NCBI GenBank assembly: GCA_964575955.1
Contig: CAZNTG010000007.1
Location: forward strand, 32,001 to 96,000
DNA from: an uncultured Thermoproteaceae archaeon
GTDB lineage: Archaea; Thermoproteota; Thermoprotei; Thermoproteales; Thermocladiaceae
Length of the DNA: 64,000 bases
Reading direction: 5' to 3'
The notes under the pieces are model-generated. The model saw nothing but the letters and a program-made list of their open reading frames with translations, was not told where the DNA came from and made no database searches. The position numbers and the translations under genes were made by a program. Within the stretch, counting starts at the first letter, position 1. Every line of letters starts with the position of its first letter. Below, piece by piece: positions 1-9,995 of the stretch.

Positions 1-101
1 TCTGCTCAATTAGTGAAAATATCACAAGTATGGGAGTATACGTACATGTTTAAATGTGTTATTTAGTAATGTTGAAATAGTCTGTCATTACGTGTTAAAC
101 T

Positions 102-1160
102 ATGGTTGGGTACTATATTGGAGTTCTAGGTTCACATTCTGCATTAGATGTTCTTGATGGTGCTAAAGATGAAGGTTTTAAGACAGTAGTCATATGTCAA
201 CGTGGACGTGAAAAACCATATTTGATGTTTCCTGTTGCTGATGAAGTTATAGTTCTAGACAGGTTTGTAGATATGGTAAAGCCTGACGTTATTGAGAAGT
301 TGAAGAAGCTTAACACGATCTTTATACCTAACAGAAGTTTTGCAGTATATGTAGGATATGATAATATTGAAAATAATTTTCCAATACCAATATTTGGAAA
401 TAGGAGATTATTGAGATGGGAAGAGAGAGTTGGAGAGAAAAATTATTATAAAATTCTCGACCATGCAGGTATTAGAAGACCAAAGACGTTTAAGAGTATT
501 GATGAAGTTGATAGACCTGTAATAGTTAAGATACCTGAAGCTAAGAGAAGAATTGAACGTGGCTTCTTCATTGCTAGAGATAGAGATGACTTGCTAAAGA
601 AGGCTAAGAAACTTGAGGAAGAAGGTATAATAAAGATTGAAGATCTTGAGAAATATGCATCTATTGAAGAATTTATAATTGGTGCACACTTTAATGTAAA
701 CTACTTCTATAGTCCAATATTGAATAGACTTGAACTTCATAGTATTGATAGGAGAGTACAGACAAACCTTGATGGAATTATTAGACTTCCTGCAGATATA
801 CAGCTAGAACTTAGACCTATCATGAGGATGATAGAGATTGGACATATAGCATCAACAATTCGTGAAAGTCAACTTCAGAAAATATTTGAAATTGGTGAAA
901 GATTTGTAAAAGCAACACAGGAATTAGAGCCACCAGGAATTATAGGTCCATTCACACTTCAAATACTTGTAACTCCAGAACTTGACATAGTTGTATATGA
1001 TGTAGCTCCAAGAATTGGAGGTGGAACAAACGTCTACATGGGTATTGGTGGTCAATATAGTAAGTTATACTGGAGAAAGCCAATATCTATGGGTAGGAGA
1101 ATTGCAATTGAGATAAAGTTAGCAATTGAACAGGACAAGCTAGACAAAATACTTACCTGA
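102..1160 (+). CDS. purP: PurP-family ATP-grasp protein (formate-phosphoribosylaminoimidazolecarboxamide ligase-like, DUF1246/DUF1297)
   Basis: N-terminal [15 protein letters not shown] and [11 protein letters not shown] motifs typical of the archaeal PurP family. Could be a PurP paralog. Confidence 0.85.
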   Translation: MVGYYIGVLGSHSALDVLDGAKDEGFKTVVICQRGREKPYLMFPVADEVIVLDRFVDMVKPDVIEKLKKLNTIFIPNRSFAVYVGYDNIENNFPIPIFGNRRLLRWEERVGEKNYYKILDHAGIRRPKTFKSIDEVDRPVIVKIPEAKRRIERGFFIARDRDDLLKKAKKLEEEGIIKIEDLEKYASIEEFIIGAHFNVNYFYSPILNRLELHSIDRRVQTNLDGIIRLPADIQLELRPIMRMIEIGHIASTIRESQLQKIFEIGERFVKATQELEPPGIIGPFTLQILVTPELDIVVYDVAPRIGGGTNVYMGIGGQYSKLYWRKPISMGRRIAIEIKLAIEQDKLDKILT

Positions 1161-1164
1161 AATA

Positions 1165-1213
1165 TCAGTGCTGCTCGGCTTCTTCATCTCTCTGGTAGGC
1201 TCCCTATCATCAC
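1165..1213 (-). ncRNA. Box C/D guide sRNA overlapping the 3' end of the fucose-isomerase-like gene
   Basis: Minus strand reads GTGATGA (C), TAGGGAGCCTAC (12 nt), CAGA (D'), GAG, ATGAAGA (C'), AGCCGAGCAGCA (12 nt), CTGA (D). Canonical archaeal spacing. Confidence 0.75.
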
Positions 1214-2353
1214 TGTCTCTAGTCCAAGATACCAACATGCTATTCTTAACTCTTCAACAAGATTTTCAAGTATTATTATGTGGTGATTTCCTGATATGTC
1301 TCTCATATCAATATACATTCCACAATTTATACCAATCTTTGTTAAACATGCTTTAAAATCTCTTAACTTATCTACATTTTCCTCAACTACACCATACGCT
1401 ATAAAACTTGTTCTAAACCTACTATCTATTCTAAATATTGTACATCTAGTACCTGTCTGTACATAACCCTCAACACCATACTTATACCCAGTTTCAAAAT
1501 GTGGTTTAAGTTCATACTTCTCAAACATTGATAATGATCCTGTACAGTGTGCAAATCTTAAGATACTTCCTTCAACATCTACTAAATTAGCCATTATTGA
1601 TCTCGTAATCAATTTTTCATCAATATTCTTTATCAATATCATTGATAGTAGTGATGCTATATCACATTCACATGATATTGGAATTTTCTCTGATAGTAAT
1701 TTAGCATATGCTAGACATGGTGTATATTTAATACTTCTGAGAAGTTTAAAACAGTCTAGTGTAACACCATCAAGATTATACCTATCTACTACATCTCTAA
1801 TATATGTGTATAAATCTTCTATAAATTTTTCATACGATTCTGTAGATATCTCTAATTTACTTACCATTATTGGTATTATGTCAGTATTTTTTATAATATC
1901 ATACCATTCATCTCTTAAATTTTCTTCACCTATAATTCCAATTCTAGCTCTATACATCCTATATGCAGCTTTACAGGATTTTACTACTAACTCTACATCT
2001 TTAATAACATCTTCATCAATATCTGCATAATACATGTGTAGTATTTTTGAATCAGTCTTCTTTCTCTCTAGGAATCCTAGTGCTGATGGTAGACTATTAT
2101 CTTTAGGCATGCTTAAGATAACTTTTGGACATCTATAGACTTGGTCTATCTGTATTGCAGTTCTACTAGTACCACCACTCAAGAATATTAATATTATTAG
2201 GTTTGGTTTTTCTTCAAGTTTTAATTCTGAAAATTTTGATATAGGTTCATGAACTTTTTCTCCATATAACTTTCTCAACTTCTCTAAAACATTCTCAATC
2301 TTTGAATCTATACTTCTCGTTGTTAGTGGAATTATGCTAAACCTAAAGCTCAT
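1184..2353 (-). CDS. L-fucose/L-arabinose isomerase-like protein
   Basis: VTLDCF, PCLA, SCECD, FAHCT, PHFETG and GNHH motifs match the fucose isomerase-related family. Confidence 0.65.
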   Translation of the reverse strand: MSFRFSIIPLTTRSIDSKIENVLEKLRKLYGEKVHEPISKFSELKLEEKPNLIILIFLSGGTSRTAIQIDQVYRCPKVILSMPKDNSLPSALGFLERKKTDSKILHMYYADIDEDVIKDVELVVKSCKAAYRMYRARIGIIGEENLRDEWYDIIKNTDIIPIMVSKLEISTESYEKFIEDLYTYIRDVVDRYNLDGVTLDCFKLLRSIKYTPCLAYAKLLSEKIPISCECDIASLLSMILIKNIDEKLITRSIMANLVDVEGSILRFAHCTGSLSMFEKYELKPHFETGYKYGVEGYVQTGTRCTIFRIDSRFRTSFIAYGVVEENVDKLRDFKACLTKIGINCGMYIDMRDISGNHHIIILENLVEELRIACWYLGLETVMIGSLPER

Positions 2354-2379
2354 AACTTACATATGCATATTTCAAAAAT

Positions 2380-3237
2380 ATGAAAATTGTCCCGAAAGGT
2401 AGCATTGTCAGATTTAGATGTAAGATGTGTGGTTCTTGTTGTAGAAGACTTCTAAATTTAGAAATAACAGCTTACGATATTGTTGAATGGTGGGAAAAGG
2501 GTAGATATGACATAATTGCACATCTAGTAGCAATTCAAGATGATGTAGCTAAGAGTTACAATGTTCCACTAATATTTACATTTCCAAGAAGAGGTGATGG
2601 TTCCTGTATATATCTTAGAAATAATCTATGTAGTATACATGATGTAAAACCACTAGCATGTAGAATATACCCATTCGGACTTGGACCAAATTACGAACTT
2701 ATAATTCAGGAAGAATGTCAAGGTCTTGGTGAAGGTGATGTTGTAGATGTTGAAAATGTTATAGCAATGTTGAGAAAACACTTAGCAGGTATTCAAGCTT
2801 TGAAAATTCCTGAAGTTCTTAAGAAAATTCTAGATATAGTATTATACTCTAAGAGGTTGATATTAGAGAAGATTGGGTGTGTAGATATTTTAGATAAAAT
2901 TGGTAATGAAAAGCCTGACTATGTCATCGTTAAAGATTTTAGAGATATTAAAAGACTAGTATACGTAGTTTATTATGGTGATGTAGGTTCATTAATGATG
3001 CATATAGACGACATAGAGACTATATGTAGATGGTTTGCTGAAAATACTAGAAGTATGGATGATGCAATATCGATAGTACATATTCACGAAAATGAAGATG
3101 GTAGAGAAGCTTGTAGAGGTATACTTATGCTATATAGTGTTAATAATTTTAGAAATATAGATAATGTTATTAAGAGATGTCTAGATATGCTAAATGATCT
3201 AAGTGTTGAGCTTACTACAGTATTCCTTAGGTATTAA
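2380..3237 (+). CDS. YkgJ-family CxxCxxCC cysteine-cluster protein with C-terminal extension
   Basis: CKMCGSCC ... CIYL ... CSIHDVKPLACRIYPF. Confidence 0.8.
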   Translation: MKIVPKGSIVRFRCKMCGSCCRRLLNLEITAYDIVEWWEKGRYDIIAHLVAIQDDVAKSYNVPLIFTFPRRGDGSCIYLRNNLCSIHDVKPLACRIYPFGLGPNYELIIQEECQGLGEGDVVDVENVIAMLRKHLAGIQALKIPEVLKKILDIVLYSKRLILEKIGCVDILDKIGNEKPDYVIVKDFRDIKRLVYVVYYGDVGSLMMHIDDIETICRWFAENTRSMDDAISIVHIHENEDGREACRGILMLYSVNNFRNIDNVIKRCLDMLNDLSVELTTVFLRY

Positions 3238-3750
3238 TTCTCTACCACATATATGCTCCAATATCTTTCTCACACATGTATCTACATCTTCAATATCGGT
3301 ATCTACAATAACATCAGGATTTGTAGGTTCTTCATACGGTACTTGAAGTCCAGGTAATGTCTTAATCTTACCTTCGAGAGCTGCTCTATATAGACCTTTA
3401 GGATCTCTTTTCATAGCTGTTTCGAGACTACACTTAACATAAACTTCAATAAACTTCTCTTTGAATTCCCTTCTAGCTTCTTCTCTATAAACTCTTTTAT
3501 GTCCTGTAGCGTCTATAATTACAAATATACCATTTCTATATAACAACTTTGCAAGCCAAATAATGACCTTTCCATAAAACCAATCTCTCTCCTCCTCTGT
3601 GTATAGTGGTTTTGGTGTTAATATTTTTCTTAATTCATCACTTTCTAAAATCTCTACTTTAATACCAACATCTACAAGCTTTTTATATAGTTTTTTAGCT
3701 ATTGTAGATTTACCACTAGCAGGTATTCCCGTTAACCAGACTACTAACAT
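3199..3750 (-). CDS. cysC: Adenylyl-sulfate kinase
   Basis: WLTGIPASGKST P-loop; RDPKGLY and GLQVPYEEP motifs. Confidence 0.9.
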   Translation of the reverse strand: MLVVWLTGIPASGKSTIAKKLYKKLVDVGIKVEILESDELRKILTPKPLYTEEERDWFYGKVIIWLAKLLYRNGIFVIIDATGHKRVYREEARREFKEKFIEVYVKCSLETAMKRDPKGLYRAALEGKIKTLPGLQVPYEEPTNPDVIVDTDIEDVDTCVRKILEHICGRELIPKEYCSKLNT

Positions 3751-4109
3751 TACAGTAATTTTAGATGTCCAGTAACTTTATCAATAAGATCTTCAGGTCC
3801 TGGACCTATAGCTAGTACTGTGACTGTTCCTGGTGGTAGTTCTGTAAGTCCTGCATCTTGAATAATAACAGCTGGAAGATCTAGACTTTTAGCTTTTTCA
3901 TAAAGTTTTAATAGTTCTTCAAGATTTTCAACCTTCAACACAACCTTCTTCTGACCTTCACTAATCCACTTCTGTAACCATTCTCTCCACTTCTGTTTAT
4001 TACTATTCAATATTTCAAGTACGGCACTAACACTTCCATGTGCTACTTGTGCAGCAATTTTTCCACAAGACATTTTCAAATCTTTTCTAACAACAATAAC
4101 CTGCTTCAT
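3750..4109 (-). CDS. pth2: Peptidyl-tRNA hydrolase Pth2
   Basis: [44 protein letters not shown]. Confidence 0.95.
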   Translation of the reverse strand: MKQVIVVRKDLKMSCGKIAAQVAHGSVSAVLEILNSNKQKWREWLQKWISEGQKKVVLKVENLEELLKLYEKAKSLDLPAVIIQDAGLTELPPGTVTVLAIGPGPEDLIDKVTGHLKLL

Positions 4110-4190
4110 CTTGTTGAGGTGGTTTAGGATTAGGAAATTTTTTAAGATAATGGAAAGAATCGGGAAGAAGGTTCTCGTTTTCCTTTTTAC

Positions 4191-4523
4191 TTACATTAGG
4201 ATGAATGCCATTGCGAATCCGTAGATTGCTATTGCCTCTGCTAGAGCTATGAATAGTAGATACATTGCGAATAGTTCTCTTCTCTCTACAATAGCTCCAA
4301 TAGCTGCAGCACCTGCAAGACCTACTCCAATACCGGCACCGCCTGCAGCTACTCCAAATGCTACTCCAGCACCTAGATATCTAAGACCTTTCTCAATTCC
4401 TGGATACTTAACTGCAGCTGCTGCAAATGCTATGTTTGTTATTAATGCTATTGCTATTATAACTGCTAGTGATGTAATACAAATCTTCTTACTCTTCATA
4501 AGCCTATACCCAATACACGACAT
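4191..4523 (-). CDS. atpK: A/V-type ATP synthase proteolipid subunit K (c)
   Basis: Gly/Ala-rich TM hairpin and ALAEAIAIYG carrying the conserved ion-binding Glu; N-terminal signal-like extension. Confidence 0.9.
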   Translation of the reverse strand: MSCIGYRLMKSKKICITSLAVIIAIALITNIAFAAAAVKYPGIEKGLRYLGAGVAFGVAAGGAGIGVGLAGAAAIGAIVERRELFAMYLLFIALAEAIAIYGFAMAFILM

Positions 4524-4624
4524 GTCAATATCTAAATAAGCTTTACCTAGGAGAAACAGGGTTATCTAGTTCACTACCACACTCTTATAAATATGTAACA
4601 TCTATGTCATAATTCAAGATAATT

Positions 4625-5812
4625 ATGAAGTTTGAAACAAGATTAATACATGGAGGTAAGAGACACACATTTGATAGTCTTGGATCAATTGTAGAGCCAA
4701 TATTCACATCAGCAGTATACCTATACCATGAGTATATTAGTAAAGAGATACCACACACAATACCTTACAAATATTCTAGAGAAGATAATCCAACAGTAGT
4801 ACATGTAGAGGAGAAGGTAAAGATTCTTGATGAAGGTTCTTCATGTCTGGCATTTTCAAGTGGTTTAGCATCAATTAAATGTTTAATAGAAACTCTATGC
4901 TTAAAGTATAGAAAACCAATACTCATAGCTCCACTAGATCTATATGGATCAACGATAGTCTTATTTAAAAAGTATAATGATGTTGGACTACTTGAACTTA
5001 AATTAACAAAGCCAGGTACTGAAAATATTTTAGAAGCTATACAACAAGTTTCTAAAATTAAAAAACATGTAGTTGTCTATGTTGAGACTGTGTCAAATCC
5101 AATATTAAGAATTTACGATATCTATGAGATTAAGAAATTTTTAGAAGAATTAAATATTGAACATACACTAATAGTCGATAATACAATACCAACGCAGATA
5201 GGTATTAGACCTATACAATATGGTGCAGATTTCACAATATATAGTGCATCAAAATACTTATCAGGACATAACGATGTTATAGGTGGATTTATAGTACTTA
5301 AAGATGATAGACTACATGAAGATCTTTGGCATTCTAGAAGACTTTCAGGATGTATAATGTCGCCATTTACAGCATACCTAATTGATAGAGGATTAAAAAC
5401 ACTTCATATAAGAATGAGAAAGCATGAAGAAAATGCAAGAGCAGTAGCAGAATATTTACAAGATCATCCAAAAGTTAGTGAAGTAATATATCCAGGACTT
5501 TCAACACATCCTGACTATAGGATAGGCATTAGATTATTAAGATGTGTTAGTGGCATAGTATCTTTCAAAGTTAGAGGAAGTGTAGACTTATCAAAAATAT
5601 ATTCAAAAATGAGGATAATAATTCCTGGAGTAAGTTTTGGAGGTCCTGAAACAATAATTACACACCCATCATCAACAACACACAAATATTTAACTGAAGA
5701 TGAAAAGATGATAATAGGCATTGATGAGAAATTATTTAGACTTAGCGTAGGTTTAGAAAATGTTGAAGATATAATTGAAGATTTAGATAGAATATTATCA
5801 ACAATCACTTGA
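4625..5812 (+). CDS. metB: PLP-dependent trans-sulfuration enzyme (cystathionine gamma-synthase/lyase family)
   Basis: YSREDNPT, FSSG, ETVSNP, VDNT, SASKYLSGHND (PLP Lys), RLSVGLE. Exact specificity not resolvable. Confidence 0.8.
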   Translation: MKFETRLIHGGKRHTFDSLGSIVEPIFTSAVYLYHEYISKEIPHTIPYKYSREDNPTVVHVEEKVKILDEGSSCLAFSSGLASIKCLIETLCLKYRKPILIAPLDLYGSTIVLFKKYNDVGLLELKLTKPGTENILEAIQQVSKIKKHVVVYVETVSNPILRIYDIYEIKKFLEELNIEHTLIVDNTIPTQIGIRPIQYGADFTIYSASKYLSGHNDVIGGFIVLKDDRLHEDLWHSRRLSGCIMSPFTAYLIDRGLKTLHIRMRKHEENARAVAEYLQDHPKVSEVIYPGLSTHPDYRIGIRLLRCVSGIVSFKVRGSVDLSKIYSKMRIIIPGVSFGGPETIITHPSSTTHKYLTEDEKMIIGIDEKLFRLSVGLENVEDIIEDLDRILSTIT

Positions 5813-6833
5813 CAGAAATTGGTATAGCTGTTGTAGGTGTAATTGTAATATTCTTCATAGGTAGTTTAGAGAGAACTTTACACACATAACCATTATATAC
5901 ATTCACTATACTTGAAATATTAGTAAGAATTATCATATTACTATCTCTAAATCTTATAAGTGTAATTACATATATTGGAAATATCTTATTAACATTTAAA
6001 CACACACAATATCCAGTATATCTTATGTAGTATAGTTGAGATATTGAAGAAGGTAAATATATACCAGCATTAACGCCACCGTACATGCCGCATCTACATA
6101 CATATTTTCTAGACCCTATATAGGCTATATAATACTTAACGTTAGATACATTCATAATAACATTCTCAATACTTGATAATATTTTCGATATATTTCCAGA
6201 GTATGGAAGTTTAGTAATATTACAAAAACCTTCACATTTAACCTTACTTCCTAATGACGTACAAATTTGAATGCATGTCTTAACCTTATTCTCACTAACC
6301 TCTAAACTACACATTGATATATTCTTAAATATTGAATATCTTGTAAATGGTATTGATATTCCACCAATCATTATATAAAATTCCTTCTTAACACCACTAA
6401 AGCCTATGACAATGTTTGTATAGTTAAAGGATAGCTCTGTGCCATATCCATAAGCTAGTAGACTTATCTTAGGGATGTATATTGTAAATTGTCTATACCT
6501 TAATATTTTCGATAATACTTTCTCAATACTTCTATTAAATACTTCTATATATTTACCTGATGCTATAGAGATATTACTACTTACATTCCTTAGTATTAAT
6601 ATATAACTAACTGCTACACTCTTATTTACATTTTTAATTCTTTTCTCTACTTTCTTCTGCTCTGTTGACTTTATGATAATTGTCTTATTTTGTGTAGGAA
6701 TATTCTTACTAATCTTAATTTTTGTTGGAATGCTCTTAATTAGCTGTTTCATATAGTAGTATGATCCTAAGATTCCTGCTATTGCTCCAATGATTACCAC
6801 AACTATGATTATTATGAGATTTTTAGATATCAC
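5805..6833 (-). CDS. Hypothetical membrane-anchored surface protein
   Basis: Single N-terminal TM helix, about 12 N-x-S/T sequons, 10 Cys; no recognised domain. Confidence 0.6.
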   Translation of the reverse strand: MISKNLIIIIVVVIIGAIAGILGSYYYMKQLIKSIPTKIKISKNIPTQNKTIIIKSTEQKKVEKRIKNVNKSVAVSYILILRNVSSNISIASGKYIEVFNRSIEKVLSKILRYRQFTIYIPKISLLAYGYGTELSFNYTNIVIGFSGVKKEFYIMIGGISIPFTRYSIFKNISMCSLEVSENKVKTCIQICTSLGSKVKCEGFCNITKLPYSGNISKILSSIENVIMNVSNVKYYIAYIGSRKYVCRCGMYGGVNAGIYLPSSISQLYYIRYTGYCVCLNVNKIFPIYVITLIRFRDSNMIILTNISSIVNVYNGYVCKVLSKLPMKNITITPTTAIPISVK

Positions 6834-6876
6834 ATATTGTAAAGTTTATGTCAGGTATATAAGCGTTTCAATACTT

Positions 6877-7365
6877 CTAAACTATGTATATGTGATAGTT
6901 TTTAAATAGTTCATCAAATATTATTATCATAATGTTCTTCACATTTTCTACATTATTTACATTTATTTTATATAGGTTTGATTTAACTCCTCTCAAGTCT
7001 GTACATCCAAATCCTTTTATTGGTATAGTGTTTTTTAGAGAGTTTATTAAATTTGATAGTAATGTTTCTGGTCTTATAGATAGTTTGTATTTTTCTAATG
7101 TTGCATATATTATTGATATGTTACTTATAGAGCATTGTGTTAGTAGGTAGTCAATATGCCAGTGTAGCTTTTTCAATTCTCTAAATTTTAAATATCTCTT
7201 CAATCTTCTTCTTAAGCTGTGTAATGCTGAGCCTACGTATATGTATATTCCTTTATCTATTTTGAATATCTTAGTCTTTCCTATATGTATATTACATTCT
7301 TCTGATACTTCTAGTATTAGTATATACACACCCTTTCTATCAGGTATATCTATCTCTCTACTCAT
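6877..7365 (-). CDS. GIY-YIG (DUF123/Uri) nuclease-family protein
   Basis: KGVYIL ... GIYIYVGSA ... HWHIDYLL ... GFGCTD. Confidence 0.85.
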   Translation of the reverse strand: MSREIDIPDRKGVYILILEVSEECNIHIGKTKIFKIDKGIYIYVGSALHSLRRRLKRYLKFRELKKLHWHIDYLLTQCSISNISIIYATLEKYKLSIRPETLLSNLINSLKNTIPIKGFGCTDLRGVKSNLYKINVNNVENVKNIMIIIFDELFKNYHIYIV

Positions 7366-7439
7366 GGTATTATTTTAATATCTCGATAACTCTCTACTAG
7401 CGATATGCGTTACTGGTAGATCTAGTAATAACAATAATA

Positions 7440-8063
7440 GTGGTGTCAGTATCAGGAGCATGTGCACCTGGTCCATTAACATTTGCTGCAATGATTGTAG
7501 GTTCTTGGTATGGTGCTAAGGGTGGTCTTAAAGTAGCTGTTGGTCATATGATATTTGAAGCACCATACGTACTACTTCTACTAATGATGTTTAATAGTGT
7601 TAAATACTTCTTTGAATTATTTATTACTAAGTTAATACTTGCAATACTTGCATGTATATTTATACTATACTTCTCATATGTTGGTTATATATCTGGTAGA
7701 GACATGGTTAAGAGTGGAGATACAGATATTACAAATCTTATAGATAAAAAATTTGTAAAATATATAACAAAGCCTATAATAGTTGGAATATTGATGACAG
7801 GTCTTAATCCATGGTTTCTCATTTGGTGGGTAACTATTGGAGGTATAATACTTGTAAAAGCATTACAATTAGGAATATTAGAAGCATTTCTATTAGTAAT
7901 ATTTGCACACGTATGGATAGACTATGCATGGCTTGGAGCCATGGCCTACCTAGCAGGAAAAGGTAAAAAGATACTAGGTAGAAAGTATGGATATGTACTA
8001 CAAGCACTATCAATAATTTTAGCAATATTCGGCATATTACTAATAGTCAAACTAGTATACTAA
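7440..8063 (+). CDS. LysE-family exporter
   Basis: SGACAPGPL, GH..E and LNPWFLIWW motifs; multiple TM helices; true start may be a few codons upstream. Confidence 0.85.
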   Translation: MVSVSGACAPGPLTFAAMIVGSWYGAKGGLKVAVGHMIFEAPYVLLLLMMFNSVKYFFELFITKLILAILACIFILYFSYVGYISGRDMVKSGDTDITNLIDKKFVKYITKPIIVGILMTGLNPWFLIWWVTIGGIILVKALQLGILEAFLLVIFAHVWIDYAWLGAMAYLAGKGKKILGRKYGYVLQALSIILAIFGILLIVKLVY

Positions 8064-8117
8064 TGATGAGTTCCCCACAGATGACCAAAACGGGATGATA
8101 AGAAGGAGGTGGGCTGA
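8063..8117 (+). ncRNA. Box C/D guide sRNA, C box overlapping the LysE stop codon
   Basis: ATGATGA (C), GTTCCCCACAG, ATGA (D'), linker, ATGATAA (C'), GAAGGAGGTGGG, CTGA (D); GC-rich patch in an AT-rich intergenic region. Confidence 0.7.
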
Positions 8118-8348
8118 CAAAACCACAATAAACCTAATACAAAAATTCAAAATATATTAAAATAGAGTACACACTCTTTCTAAAAATTCAAGGATGCTTA
8201 ACTATATTATTGATTAATTTATTAAAAACAGTATGTATAAAGCAGATGTTAACTCTGTAAAGTGTGATACTTATACTTTGCTTCTATTTACGTAACAGGT
8301 ATTGATATACTACTTAAATAGTGCATAAGTACGTGATTTCTAGATGTT

Positions 8349-9398
8349 ATGAAGGTTGATTTGAGGGATATATATGAACGTCTTAAAGCTTTAGTAGGGT
8401 TAGATATAACTGAAAGAGTAAGCTTAAGTCCATCTAAGCTTATAGATTTTGTATATAATGCATATCTACTTCATGTAATTACTGTTGCATGTAAATTAAG
8501 AATGTTTGATATATTGGTAGAGCCACATTCTATACAGGAACTTTCTAGAAAACTTAATGTTAATCCTGACTTGCTTGACATTATATGTAAGATTTTGGTA
8601 AATATAGGCTTACTTGAAGAAGTTGATTCAAAGTATAGAAATTCCGAAATTTCGAATCTATTTCTTGTAAGTAAGTCTCCATATTCAATATTTACATACA
8701 TTCTATTTCACGTAGATGTCATGGAGTCTTATAGATCTTGGAAGAATATTATCAAAGCTCTTAAAGGTAGGTCAAGGAGAGTTAAAAAGTGGCATTTACT
8801 TGACCCTGTAGTTACATTAGAAATAACATTATCAACAGGATGTTTGCAGAAAACATTAGAGGTATTATACACAATTCCTGAGTTTAATAATTCGAGGAAA
8901 GTGTTAGATTTAGGCTGTGGTTCAGGTATTTACTCTATATTTATTGCTAAAACTTTTAAAAATGTTGAAGTATACGCTCTAGATCTACCATACGTAATTG
9001 AGAACATTACTAAAAATCTAGTTAAATTATTTGGATTAGATAGCAGGATTAGATTGATAAAAGCAGATTTCAATAAAGACTACATAGGCAGTAATTATGA
9101 CATTATACTAGATCTCAATGCTGTAAGTTTACGTAACTTGGATATATTGTACAAGATATACAATGCATTAAATAATGATGGAATTTTCATATCTAGACAC
9201 GTATTCCTCAACGATGATTGTAAAAGCCCATTAAAAGCTCTTCTAGCATGTTTATGGGAGTATGTTGAACTTGGAAATACTATGACAGTAACATTTAAGG
9301 AGGCAAGAGAGAACTTAGAAAGAGTAGGATTTAAGATTGAAAATGTCATAAATCTAGATAGTGAAGGTTCTCATAAATTAATTATATCTAGAAAATAA
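8349..9398 (+). CDS. SAM-dependent O-methyltransferase-type protein (wHTH dimerisation domain + class I MTase)
   Basis: N-terminal A..L.MFD.L ... LVNIGLL ... YRNS pattern; VLDLGCGSG motif I; ALDLP and ADF. Confidence 0.85.
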   Translation: MKVDLRDIYERLKALVGLDITERVSLSPSKLIDFVYNAYLLHVITVACKLRMFDILVEPHSIQELSRKLNVNPDLLDIICKILVNIGLLEEVDSKYRNSEISNLFLVSKSPYSIFTYILFHVDVMESYRSWKNIIKALKGRSRRVKKWHLLDPVVTLEITLSTGCLQKTLEVLYTIPEFNNSRKVLDLGCGSGIYSIFIAKTFKNVEVYALDLPYVIENITKNLVKLFGLDSRIRLIKADFNKDYIGSNYDIILDLNAVSLRNLDILYKIYNALNNDGIFISRHVFLNDDCKSPLKALLACLWEYVELGNTMTVTFKEARENLERVGFKIENVINLDSEGSHKLIISRK

Positions 9399-9418
9399 TA
9401 ACATGAGTATAGCTTGAT

Positions 9419-9880
9419 CTAGCTCAGTGTAGCATTTGTTTTCCAAGGTTCAGGGTAGAACCATATACCTCTATATGGTATACCAAACCATTTTTCAAAG
9501 AACTCTTCGTGTAGTTTATCTGGATCTATGTCTTTGAAAAGTTTCGGATATAGAGCCTTTGCTAGATAGAAAGCTCCAATTATTGAACGTACATTTAAGA
9601 CAAGTTGATAGTCAACTATGAAAACGTGGCCTTCACGAACTGCCTTAATCTTTGATAGCACTGGGTCGTGTTCTATTCTTTCTAAGAACTCTCTTAACCT
9701 ATCGGTACTATTCTTCAAATATACTGTATATATTGTAGAGAAGTCTGCAATTACTATAACGTCAAGATTTTCTTTTACTAAATACTTAATAGATAGCCTT
9801 CCATATGCTGTTAAATATTTGTCTACAACATTTTTCAACTTCAATATTCCAAACCAGTAATTCCAGAACGCCCCTAGCGG
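9419..9880 (-). pseudogene. 5'-truncated Fe-siderophore/cobalamin-type ABC substrate-binding protein (C-terminal lobe only)
   Basis: IKAVREGHVF ... YLAKALYPKLFKDIDP ... FFEKWFGIPYRGIW is the typical C-terminus of FecB/BtuF-class proteins. The frame is open only to 9880 (GAFWNYWFGILK), with no signal peptide or N-lobe. Confidence 0.75.
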
Positions 9881-9995
9881 CTATCATGAGCGCGATAGTT
9901 AGAAGTGATATACTCGGTTTTTACAGCAGCAGGTGCATACAAGAACTGTCATGGTCTCAACGACGAGTGAACGTTTATTCAAGATATATTGACTA

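Noticed and set aside
6877-7365. GIY-YIG gene as a homing endonuclease or mobile element
   Set aside because: Matches the short DUF123 housekeeping-type family; not inside an intron or intein and no flanking repeats.
8349-9398. Methyltransferase as part of a SAM-AMP-type type III signalling system
   Set aside because: It is convergent to the operon, AT-rich like the host and separated by an unrelated gene fragment. The effector is a CARF-HEPN Csx1, and no CorA, NrN or SAM lyase is present.
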